A stretch of 33,525 nt of DNA from Craspedostauros australis. Its lineage: Eukaryota. Location: NCBI GenBank assembly GCA_030167865.1, contig JALAGF010005957.1, forward strand, positions 1 to 33,525. The letters are read 5' to 3'. Under the pieces are notes generated by a model. The model worked only from the letters and a program-made list of their open reading frames with translations. It did no database searches and had not been told where the DNA came from. Below are positions 10,522-21,545 of this stretch, in pieces (the stretch's first letter is position 1; each line of letters begins with the position of its first letter). The position numbers and the translations under genes were made by a program.

Positions 10522-12350
10522 TTAGCCGTTGGACGGTGCCGGACCTTGGTTGCCACCCATCGGTGGTGGCTGGGGCGATCCATTTGGCGGGGGCATTCCA
10601 GGTCCCTGAGGCATCGATGGACCGGGACCGTGGTGGTGCATGCCTCCTGGAACACCGGGTGGCATGTGATGCATGCCGTGTGGTGGGGCACCGTAGGGTC
10701 CGTGTGGCAGAGGTGGGCCGGGATGCTGCATGCCATGTGGTTGCGGCGGTCCCTGATGTGGATGCCCTGGATGCGGTCCCTGCTGTGCGCCGGGATGGCC
10801 GTGGGGGTGTCCATGCGGGTGTCCATGCCCGTGTGGCGGCGGCGGTTGCTGATGCTGGAATTGTTGCATCTGGAACTGCTGCCACTGCAGCTGTTGAAGC
10901 TGCTGGTTGAAGACCGGGCTCTGATGTGCCAGCTCGCCCGGGTTCATCCCCTGCATCCCCATCATGGGGTTCATGCCTGGCATTCCCATGGCACCCATCC
11001 CAAAGGGCATGCCGAAGGGCATGTTGCCCATGGGTGCCGGCATGATGCTCTGCTGCTCCTGGAACTTGGAAGAGCTGTGGCTGCTCATGCGGAGGCAGAG
11101 GGAGCGATCTTCCCTGACGAAGAACTTGTGGTAGTACGATCCCATCTCCGGACCGCGCGTGACGCGGGTGAAGCCCCACCTGTTGAGCTTGCGCGTGAAG
11201 GAGGTGAACTTGGTGGCCTTGAAGTATTTGGGGATGACCTGCAACGCGAACTTCTTCTTCTTGTAGATGATGAAGGATCGACCGTGCGGCAACCAGGCGA
11301 TCGTGTCCTCCTGTTCAGGCGAAGACAGGATCTCCATCAGCTGTAATTGGCCAGAATGAATACAGGAATTTATGAATATATGAGTGCATGCAAGTGCGCG
11401 GATGGAGACATGCACAATCGTGATAGATGCTCTGTCCAAAGTAATCGATACGATCACTGTCGTGATCACCGTCACGATCACCGCTACAGTGCAGTTGTTG
11501 CAGCGATCACAAGTGGTCATGCTAGTATTCTTGACTGACAAATACTGTGCCACAGCACAGCACGTAGACACCACAGCACGTACACAACACTTCAATACAC
11601 CGAAGAGATACTTGATCACACCCATTGTACCGCATTGCATCGCATCGCATTGCACTTCCTCGTATCACACGCACAGAGTAGTTATCAAGCAGAATCTGCA
11701 ACGTGACTTACCACCTGCGGGAAGGTCTTGGGTGCTTCATCCTCCATCTCCTTGATCGTCTTGGGCTCCACCCTCTTGAGGTTGGTGCCGTCCGTGATGA
11801 GGGCGTACGCCTGACGTTGCTGCTCGGCCCTGTCCTCTTCCGCAGCCGCAGTCTCCGCCGCGGACGCCTCTGCAACCATGGTCGGCTTGGGCTCGCCTTC
11901 GCCGCCTTGCTCCAGAGTTGGTGGAAACGCGGCTGGCTGTTCCGCGAGGTTTGCATCCGCAGCACCAACGGGAACAGCAGCTGCGTTGGGCTTGTCGCCT
12001 GCAGCTTGCCCCTCCGCGGGTTCGTTGGCGGTTGCCGCAGGGGGCGCAGCGGGTGCTACCACCACAGTGCCGACGTTCTCCGTTCGTTCTGTCTTGACGG
12101 TGCCTCCTAGCGGAACTGCGCTGTCCGCGGCGCTGGTGGGGTCCTTCTCATCCTTCTGATCTGCGATAGGTGCAGCTTCGGCCACTGGTGCGATCGCCGC
12201 ATCGATGGGCACCACTGTTGATGGTCCTTGCGTTTCTGGCGCATCGCTCAGAGGGTCTTCGATCGCATCTGCCATCGCATCTGCCATTGGATCGGTCGTC
12301 GGGTCGGCCGCTGCGTTGGTCGCTGTTGCTGTCGGTCTCTCGGATTCCAT
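10522..12350 (-). CDS. Heat shock factor (HSF-type DNA-binding domain) paralog A, ~485 aa; exons 12350-11712, 11340-10522
   Basis: Spliced TFPQV|LMEILSSPEQEDTIAWLPHGRSFIIYKKKKFALQVIPKYFKATKFTSFTRKLNRWGFTRVTRGPEMGSYYHKFFVREDRSLCLRM. Donor GTAAGT 11711, acceptor TTACAG 11341, phase 0. A/E/P-rich N-terminus and M/G/P/Q/H-rich C-terminus. Confidence 0.93.
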
Positions 12351-13316
12351 CTCTTCTTCAATGCAGAGCAAGGGACGTGCCGGTGTTTGGTATTATGGCA
12401 TACAATTATATGAGTGCGTATGAGTGTGTACTTACGCCACTCAACAAGCATTCGGAGGATCACGACCAGTCAACAAGAAAGAGCGCGGTGGACACGACAG
12501 ATCGCGAAACAACCAAATACGGTTTGTGAGGAATGGAGTGAGACGACGTTGTCTGTGTCCATCGTCTCATGAGACTCGCAGCGGATGCTGGTTGCGCTGT
12601 CCTTTCGACAGCCAAGAGACATGGGTCGCGCCACTATTCCTCGCTGCATCAAAATTAGACCTCGTGGCAAGACCGATTCTTTCTTGGCCTGATCGTACAT
12701 ATCTCCAGCAGAAATCACTGTTTTCTACGTAGTACCTACTTAATCGTGCTGAAAATGACTAGGGATTGTTTGAGGCTCTCACAACCGACACGAGAAGCAC
12801 AATGTCTGCAGAGACTTCGCAGTGACTGTCTTGTCTCGTGCCGAGCCACCGATCAGTTTCCATCATCACACAAAACGGAAATACAAACTCCAACAAGCCA
12901 GAAGCGTGCAAAACGCATCGCTTCTCAAGCGTTGGAGTGCGCGTTCCAAATGCCTCAACCACTGCACACACGTGCGTACGAAAGCTGACACTCAACTCCA
13001 CGGCTCAACACTCTACACTCAACGCTCTACACTGGAGACACTCTCAATGTAACTAGAATACCATACACATGACGGAACTCAAGACCGTAAGATATAATAT
13101 AATATAATACTTCTTTGTTAGAGCACTCTGCTTCTCTTTCTTTTGCTGAATGTCATTCTTTGGCAATGCATCGTACTCTACTGGCACTTGTAATATGCAC
13201 AGGCACATTTCCTTGTACTCGTGGTTGCACTCGTGCTCGTATCATTAGACTTCGGTTTCCCCCCTCACAATATTACCCCATCAGCTCCTTGTTTGTGATC
13301 GGTTCCAAGTGCGAAA

Positions 13317-16300
13317 TCAACCCTCCAACAGCGCATCGAGCTTGGAGAACTCTTGCATGGCGTTGTTCACGGCAGCGGTCATCTTTCGTCGCCGGGTTCG
13401 GCGTGACACCTGGAACGCAGCTGGCGCCTCAGCGTCGCCATCGGTCACGAAGAACGTCTGCGACAGTCTCTTCGCGGCCGACGTCTTCGTTTGCTGCATG
13501 TACGAGACTTGCTCCGATCGCTTCGCTGCTTTGTTGCCATCCAGAGGGGCCAGAGGGTTGCGGGAGGAACCTCCAGGGGTCTCGTGTGCGCCGTTCTCGT
13601 CTTCCGCCTCGCTGACGGCGCCTTCCACAATGCCGCCACTCGTAGTCATGGTTTCCTTTGGCTCTTCATCCGATGTGATGCTGGCGAAGGGATTCGCGGC
13701 ATGGCTGCGTGGGAGCACAGCATGTGACGTCGCTTTGATGCTGCCACTACCACTACCACTGCTATTCCTATTGCTATTGCTGTAGTGCGCTCGCAGCCGG
13801 TCCTTCAATTCGGATTTCTTTCCTGAAACTTTCAATCCCAGAGAACGGAGACGATTCTTCAGCTCGATCACCTTCAGTGTGTCCAAAGAGGCTTCGCGGT
13901 CCTGTGAAGGAGCAGCTGGCTCAACGGCCAACAGTGTTGGCTTTTTCGGGCCTCCAGATAGCACGCCAAGCTTCGCTCTTGGAGGGTCATGAGGAGTGGT
14001 GGGCTTGAGCCGCGGAGCGGGGGCCTTGTTCTCTTTATCCTCCGTGACTGCGAGTTGTGATGTCTTGCTTGTCGTGCTCTCTTCTCCCAATGCCCCATCG
14101 ATGGACATGCTGTAGATGACAAGATGGTTCATGGCGATCACCAGACACAATGGAAACAACCGAATTGAAACGAATTGAAATGAAATAACATGAATGGAAA
14201 TGCAGTGTTAGTTCCGTGATCAATATCTGACGCAACGGTGCCTTTTGGTTTCTGACTCTGCACCAGACGGCGAAGAACAGCAAGCGTGGACATGGACAGG
14301 CACGCAAAACAGATGCGGGCAAGCACCACAGACCAAAGCAGACATTGGTCGATCGCACTCATCGCATTCGTGTGCGTACGTGTATACGTATTCGAATGCA
14401 TCGCACGGCACCAATCTCAATCACTCCCCCACTCTCACTGCCACTTCCACTCGCAGCCCCATTATCAATACATACTTGTGAACGGAGATGTCCTCCTGGA
14501 TGCTTTGCAAATCTGCATGCTGCAATTGCTTCCCTTGCGGCTTCTTGGCCTTCGCGCCTGGCGTATCTGGACTCCAGTCGCTGTCATTGTGATCTTCGAT
14601 GTCGCCATCCTCGCTGTAATCATCACCATTGGCACCAGCATCATGATCGCCATCGGTGATGCGGAATGAGACCGGGTGACCATCACCCATCATTGCATTG
14701 GCAGCGGAAGGATGCTTCCTCTGCTTCTGCTTTTTCTTGACGATTCTCTTCTCCGTGTTGGAAATCATCGTCTCCGCCACTTCGTTCACGATGCTCTCCA
14801 TGCTGGCCTGCCTCTCTTGGACGGTGTGAAGACACATGCGGATGTTGGCAGCAACGGAATCACATTCCTCCCAGTATGGCTGCAGGAGCTCATGGATCCG
14901 GTGTGCCACGTCTTCGTTGCTGGCGTGTTCGCTCAGCTGCGCCTTCATCTCCACCTCAAGAGTGTTGCGTGTGGAATCCAACAAGGACGCCATCTCCTCC
15001 GCCTGCTCGATCTGAAGGTGCAGCATCTGCTCCTCGTTTCGTTTCCGTTCCTTGGACACGGCGGTCTGCACAGCTTGCGCCGTCGCGGTGGCATGCTCCG
15101 TCTCCATGGATTCGTTGCGAATGTTCGAAAACACGAGCCGGCGGAAGATGTCCACACACATGACGTTGAGATCGTCGGTGGACACGCCCTTGTCGCCCAT
15201 TTCGTACCGTTCCGATGAGGCATTGAATCGGAACAGCGCCCTCGACTCATTCATGGACTGCTCGATGGCATCGATATTCTTGCGCAGCTCATGGACGGTG
15301 AGGTTTCGCTCTGTCATCTCGCTATCGCTCGTAGCATCCTCCGCATCAACGCTGGATGATCGTGTTCGGCGCTGTTGGACTTCTTCGATCACCTTCTGTT
15401 GCTGTTCGAGTTGCGTTCGCAGCTTCTGCAGAGACACCATCGTCGCTAGAGCATTGTCAACGGAGGACGCCAACTCATCCGTGTGCCCAGCGCTAGATGT
15501 ACCATTCGCTGGTGAGGCTCCACGTGAGGAGGTGGACCTGGCACCGTGCGAGTTCGTGTGCGCGTGCGTATGAGACTTGCTATCGGTGTTGCCAGAGTGG
15601 TTTCGGCGGCTTCGACTGGCATGATGATCAGCCTTGTCCTTGTCGCGGAGGTCCTTCAGCTTCTTGCGCAGCGCATCGGCTTGTCGCTTGGCGTTGTCGC
15701 GAACCTTCTGCAGCTCCATCTTCAGCTTCGTACTGTCACGGACCAACTTGGCGGCCTGCTTCTTGGCCTCCTTGCGCTCGCTGCGTCTCTCCTCCGTCTG
15801 CTCCTTGAGCTTCTTCTGCAATGCCGCGCGGCGCTTCTTGTCGTTCTCAATATCCTTCGACAACTTGCTGCATTTGGTCTCCGCCATCTGCTTGAGTCGA
15901 AGGCACTTCTTGTGGCTTGCAACCTTCGACTTCAGATCCTGAATCTTGGTCTCGAGCTGCTTTACCTTCTTCTGGAGCTTGGATTCTGCGGAAATCTTGC
16001 TGTTGGTGTTTGCGGACCGTTTCGTTGATGATTTCTGCCTCTCCGATTTGAGCTGTTCGATGGCATCCTCCTTTTGGGTGAACAGGGCCTTCTCCTCCTC
16101 GTTGAGACGCTCCAGGGCCCGCAGGAAGTGCGTCCGCATTTTGTCCATGCATTCCTGCTCTTGGTTGGCACGCTGGATCATCTCCTGCTTCTTCTCGATA
16201 TCTTCGGTCAGGTTGGCCAGTTCGGACGTCAATTCAACCTGGTTGGCGAGATGGGCATGCTCATCAGTGTCAGTACCATCAGCGCCACTCCCACCATCCT

Positions 16301-18458
16301 TGGTTCCAAAGTCCGGTGTGTGCAGCAGAGATGTTTCCACAGCCTTGAGGTTGCCTCTCTGAACCACTATGGATGCAGCAGTCGAGCGGGCAACTTCGGC
16401 CTCCATGATGGCCTCGGCAAGCCGGCTCTTCAGCTGTTGCACTTCTATGCGGAGGCTTGCAGAGTTTGACTTCTCTTGCCCATCATTATCAGAAGCCAAA
16501 TCCAGTTCCAATTTCACACCCTGCTCTTTGGCCTGCTTGACCGCCATCTCCATCTTCTCCTGAGCAGAGTCGGCGCGAAGGGAGATGGTCAATGCATCCG
16601 CTGCTGATTGCTGTGCCTTGATTTCGAGCTGCTCCACCTTGGAACGCAATGAAGCGATCTCCATGTGTAGGGTGGTGATGACGTCTTTGGGATTCTTCAA
16701 GGATGCCATCCCGGGGCTTGAGGCTGCCAGTTGCGGTGATGCCAATCCTGATGCTGCGAGGGTGGCGGCTTCGGCCAGAGACGAGCCACCGAGGCTGTGT
16801 TGCATCTTGGCGCCGTTGGATTGCTTCAGCATGGACTCCAGGAGCACGATGCGGCTCTTCAGTGCCTGATTCTCTTGACGTAGGGCCGTTGCGACCTCTG
16901 CTGACACGGATGCTTCGATGACGTTCTTGACTGCGAGGTTCTTGATGTTGCGTGCCCGTTGAGCATACCGGAGCGTGTTCGTCGATTCCTCCACGTTGGT
17001 TTCGGCCGGCGATACGCACGCCACCATGACGGTGCGAGAATTTCCGCCCAAGGAATCCTGTAGCAGGCGCGTGAGCTTGGAGCTGCGGTAGGGCACGTGC
17101 GTGTGACCTGATGATCCACCTGGGCTCCTCTGTCCCACCTCTGCCAGACAAGAGACGACCTGGCCCAAAACGAACAGTCCCTTGTTGATGTTAATGCCTT
17201 CCTTCATTCGGTTGCCTTCCGCGCCCGTCCGCTTGATCCGTTCCGATCCAGCGAGATCCACGAGAGTCAATTTCGCTTCGACAGTCTTCGTCTGTTTCGG
17301 CGTCTCGGTGCTTTCTTTCGCAGGGTGTTCATCCGTGATGGTAGCAGTACTGTCGCTGTCGGCGTCGGCACTCGTGGCGATAGTTGCCGAGCTGCCAGAG
17401 ATGGCGACGCGCAGCGTGCAGATGGCATGCGATCGGCTGGAGACGGCATTCATCTGCGTTGATGCCGTCGCTCGTCGTTGCGACGCCGATTCCATGAGCT
17501 TGTTGACGTCCTTGGGGGACTGCACTGGGACCCATGAGAGGTTCTGGACGTAAACGCCATGTCGGCTGTCGCGGATGTGCAGGTTGGCCGCGGCGACTGG
17601 GTCCTGGTTGAGCAGATCGCGTGCCTCCTCGTTGTAGATCTCAAGGTAGGACATCTCGACGGTAACCTGCCGATCCCCCTCCAGTTCCTGTTGCTTTCGG
17701 AAGAGATCGTACACGGCGCGAGGGATCACGCCATCCATTTCACCTGGCACAGCGAGGTCGTTTCTACTTGCATCCTTCCCGTCTCCGTCTCCGTCTTCAT
17801 CGTCCGTGTCGTCTTTGACGGCGCACGCCGATCCCATGGTGAATGTCTTGCCGGCTCCCGTCTGCCCGTAGGCGAGCACTGTAACGTTGAAACCGTTGAA
17901 GATGTCAGTCTGCACGAGATCTCCCACCGTCTCCTCGTACACGCCAGCCTGGGTGGCGTTCTGGTCGAAGACGACGTCGTACTGGAAGTTGCGGTCGCCG
18001 TGCACTTGGATAGCATTGTTGTGCCTGGTGGCCTTCACGACCTCTCCTGCATTCTCCGCGAGTTCCTTCTTGGACAATGGTCGCACTCTGGCCACTACCT
18101 TCACGTTCTGGCCGGAGCTGCTGCTGGAACCATTGGTGGGCGTGGACGTGGATGCGGATGTGGACGTGGTTGCCGAAGTCATGGCGGAAGCGCAAGTGGT
18201 GCTGGATGCCATCGAGCCGCTGGATGCGCCCAACGGGTCTGCGTGCTGACCATCCGCTGATCTACCAGCAGCGTTGGCATGGCTCAGCTTGACTCTCTTG
18301 CGGCTCTTGGAGCTGTACGATGATTGGTTTCGGGGAGATGGACGAGTCCCATCATATCTCGAGTGCGATGAATGAGGATCTGCTGGATGATCTCCATCGT
18401 CCGAAGTTGAAATGTCAAGGTTGCGGCGCCTTTTGTGGAGGTTCGTTGATTTCGCCAT
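13317..18458 (-). CDS. Kinesin-4 family (chromokinesin-like) motor with coiled-coil stalk and C-terminal SAP domain, ~1591 aa; exons 18458-14476, 14109-13317
   Basis: Motor motifs VKVVARVRPL, AYGQTGAGKTFTMG, NAVSSRSHA, LVDLAGSER, EGININKGL, HVPYRSSKLTRLLQDSLGGNSRTVMVACVSPA, TLRYAQRARNIKN, followed by a long coiled coil. Donor AA|GTATGT (14475) and acceptor CTACAG|C (14110) join in frame (AAC) to the SAP-containing ORF 13317-14159. The motor call is very secure; the exon join is inferred. Confidence 0.9.
13785..13886 (-). other. SAP DNA-binding domain coding segment (in kinesin exon 2)
   Basis: LDTLKVIELKNRLRSLGLKVSGKKSELKDRLRAH matches the SAP pattern L..LKV.ELK..L...GL..SG.K.EL..RL. Confidence 0.9.
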
Positions 18459-19657
18459 TGTGCCTCCTGCTCCCCTTCACTGTGGGGATACGTATGCACT
18501 CAATGGGCCTGATCACGACCTCAGATGCAACGACGGCAACACACCGGCTTGATGCCTGCTTGGGGGGTGGTCGGGTGGTGAGTGATGGTCGGTTGATGCT
18601 TAAAGCTCGAAGCTCTGGACTTGATGCTTGATGTCTGATGTCTGATGTTAGAATGAGGAGAACTGTTGCTGTGGTGTGGTGTGGCGTGGATAGTGCTGTG
18701 GTGTGGATAGTGCTGTGATGTGAAGAGTGATGTGATACTTTGCGATGTGCAACTGCTGTTAGTTGCACCGTGCTTGTTTGTAAGTCAGCAGGGTGATTGG
18801 GCCAATGAACTTATGTAATGGTGTGGCAGTACACAATGTTCACGGCATGCACGGTAGTGGCGACAATGCCAACAACAGCCTTGAATGGCAACACGAGGTC
18901 TTGTTCTCCTCACCTGATCTCTGAGATTGCTCTGTGGTTCGACACCACTCTTCTCGTGGCTTGCAAGATGCAACAACGATCAGTGTGAAAGCCTTCGCTC
19001 TGTGGTTCGATTGCGGAAAGATGTTGCAGGTGCGTCCTTGTCGGCATGACAAGCCAGTGGCTTTGCTCCTCCATCGTTTCACTCAAGTGTTGTTGCTTGC
19101 AAGCGTGGAATTCCACGCTCGAAGTTGGTTTGGGTGTCAGCCACGCATCTCTCGTTGTTTGGTGTTCTTCTTCTTCATTTTTGAAATCAAACCCAATAAC
19201 GTCCAAACGGACATCAATCTGATTTGAATCTGAGTCGCCCGAGTCAAAGAAAGAGCGATCTTGAAATAACAAGAAATAACGTCTAAGCGTTATTATAGCG
19301 TTAGTAGTTGGCTATCCATGACTCGCTGTCACGAGATGAATCTCTTTCTTTTGTGTGATGTGTGGCCGATTCTGTGACAAAAGAACAACAATCGAATCCA
19401 CGATGCTGTTCCCACCACCCATCATCACTGGCCGGATCATCTCTCGTGACATCCTCCGTCAGCATAGTCGTTGTCATGCCCATCCTCGCAGATGAGCTGA
19501 GCACCTTCTTCTCAGTTCATCATCATTCATCTCCAATCACACCGTCGCACCGTCGCACCAGCAAGTCAGATACGCAGCCAGACATCTCCATTTCAATCCG
19601 CTCCACCACATTACGCCCCATCCATATTTGGAGGAGCGGTCTGCGGCGGACAGTTGC

Positions 19658-21175
19658 ATGATGGACGGCGTGGGTGTCGCTCTCTCTGCTCGGAGGACGG
19701 CTGGCGCTTCATCGAGGAACTCAGCGACGATCAGGTCCCCCGCTGTGTCGTTCATCGGTGCCGTGACGCTAGCTGCCTTTGGCAACGCGTTGATCGGGAT
19801 CGACTCCATTGGGTTCTGCGAGGCGATGAGCCAGCCGGCATTCTCCCAGGCCATCAAGGGGAAGATGATCCTCGCCCCGTTGACGCGCGGAGGCAACCTC
19901 CCGTTTCGTCGGCTGTGCGCGGACTTTGGCATGGAGGTGTCCATGTCGGAGATGGTGTACTCCCGCCCATTGCTCAAGGGCGACCGCATCGAGCAGGCCA
20001 GGTTGAGGAGGGCCAGCAACGAGCAGCTCTTCGGAGTGCAGATTGCGACCAAGCAGATCGACGAGGGCGTGCGGGCCATGCGAATGGCCAAGGAGGCTGG
20101 GGCGGACTTTGTGGATCTCAACTGCGGGTGTCCCATCTTCGACGCCACCAGGCGCGGTCTCGGCTCCGCCTTGCTGCGCCAACCCAACAAGCTCGGCCGT
20201 TTGGTGGAGGGCATCGTCCAGGAATCCCAAACCGGCCTGCCGCTGACAGTCAAGATCCGTCTGGGCTGCTGCGCCGACACTATCAACGTGCGGAGAGTTG
20301 TGAGCACCCTGCGCGAAGCCGGAGCCTCCGCCGTCACCATCCACGGTCGGACGGCGCAGCAGGGATACGCGAGGTCGGCCGACTGGGACCTCATCAATCA
20401 GGTCGTCGTGGACGGTCAAGAGTCCGGCAGTGACATCCCCATCGTTGGCAACGGGGATATCCTCACGTACTACGAGGCGAGGCGGCGGATCGAGGAGTCC
20501 GGCGTCGACAGCGTCATGGTCGGTCGCGGGGCCTTGATGAAGCCGTGGATCTTCCAGGAGTTCCGCGATGGCATCGACTGGAGGCCGGAGATGGATGATC
20601 GCATCGCGGTGTACCGGACGCTCACTAGGTACATGAAGGACCATTTTGGCGATGATGACTGGGGACGCAAGAAGGCTTGGAGATTCCTGCCGTGGCATTT
20701 CCACTTCTTGACGAGGTACAAGCCGTACCCGGAGGATCAGTTTGGCGAGATGTCGAAGGAGAAGCCCTTGATCCACGATCGGTTCGGCATCCCCGAAACG
20801 ACCACGCCTCTGGAGACGCTGATGTATCACAGGAGCGAGAAGACGCACGATCTGATCTCGCATTGCCTGTGGGATGCCGATTCTGATGCGGACGCGGTGA
20901 GGCGATTGAACGATCTTGCGGAGAGCCACACGTTTAAGGAGATTCTGAATGAGCAACCGGAGGAGACAGAGGACCCCACCACAACTGAATTGGCCAACAT
21001 ACCGAAGGGTGACGGAAAGAAGGGCCATCAACCGAGACGGAGCCGCAATCCAAAGCCAAAACGCACTCCGGAAGAGATCGCGGAAATTAGAGCGGAGCGA
21101 GCTGCGAAGAAAGCCAGGCTTGAGGCCGAAGCTGCCGCCGCCGCTGTTGCGGCTACGAGCGGCGCAGATCTGTAG
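19658..21175 (+). CDS. tRNA-dihydrouridine synthase, DUS3-like FMN-dependent catalytic domain (start uncertain: 19658 or 19826)
   Basis: LAPLTRGGNLPFRRLC, SEM, VDLNCGCP (catalytic Cys), G.GSALL, TVKIRLG, TIHGRTAQQGYARSADW, GNGDI, VMVGRGALMKPWIFQE; single long ORF. Confidence 0.9.
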   Translation: MMDGVGVALSARRTAGASSRNSATIRSPAVSFIGAVTLAAFGNALIGIDSIGFCEAMSQPAFSQAIKGKMILAPLTRGGNLPFRRLCADFGMEVSMSEMVYSRPLLKGDRIEQARLRRASNEQLFGVQIATKQIDEGVRAMRMAKEAGADFVDLNCGCPIFDATRRGLGSALLRQPNKLGRLVEGIVQESQTGLPLTVKIRLGCCADTINVRRVVSTLREAGASAVTIHGRTAQQGYARSADWDLINQVVVDGQESGSDIPIVGNGDILTYYEARRRIEESGVDSVMVGRGALMKPWIFQEFRDGIDWRPEMDDRIAVYRTLTRYMKDHFGDDDWGRKKAWRFLPWHFHFLTRYKPYPEDQFGEMSKEKPLIHDRFGIPETTTPLETLMYHRSEKTHDLISHCLWDADSDADAVRRLNDLAESHTFKEILNEQPEETEDPTTTELANIPKGDGKKGHQPRRSRNPKPKRTPEEIAEIRAERAAKKARLEAEAAAAAVAATSGADL

Positions 21176-21545
21176 CTACGAGTATCATCCATGGTCATGA
21201 TGCGACAGCTTAGTTTTTGAATTGATCAGTCCCATACTCTGATTGTTGTAATAGGTCATCGAGTTGAGCGCGACAATGGAGTACGTTCGTCCTGTGCCCA
21301 TGATGTGTCCTATTCAGTGCGAGTCCATGTTCTGCTCCCCAGAGAGTGAACATGGCAGATGGTGAACATCGCATGAAAGAAGGAATGAAGGAAAATGACG
21401 TGTCTGATGTTCTAGGTTGTAACTATGAGTATGTCGTTGCATACTCGTGCTCGAAGTGTTGGTAGCCGTAGTCGTACTCATACCCAAACTGATTCTGGTG
21501 CTGGAATCGTGCCGCTGTGTGACGCCAAGACCTCTCCGTCCGCAT

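Noticed and set aside
13317..14159. Stand-alone SAP-domain gene
   Set aside because: The ORF start is non-ATG and lies within a well-formed intron (branch motif, AG-free zone, CAG); an in-frame splice links it to the kinesin.
14421..14475. Kinesin C-terminus KYVLIMGLRVEVAVRVGE*
   Set aside because: Read-through into the intron after the GTATGT donor.
19769..21031. 420-aa antisense ORF and 259-aa alternative-frame ORF over the DUS gene
   Set aside because: Shadow ORFs expected from GC3-rich codon usage; no recognisable motifs.
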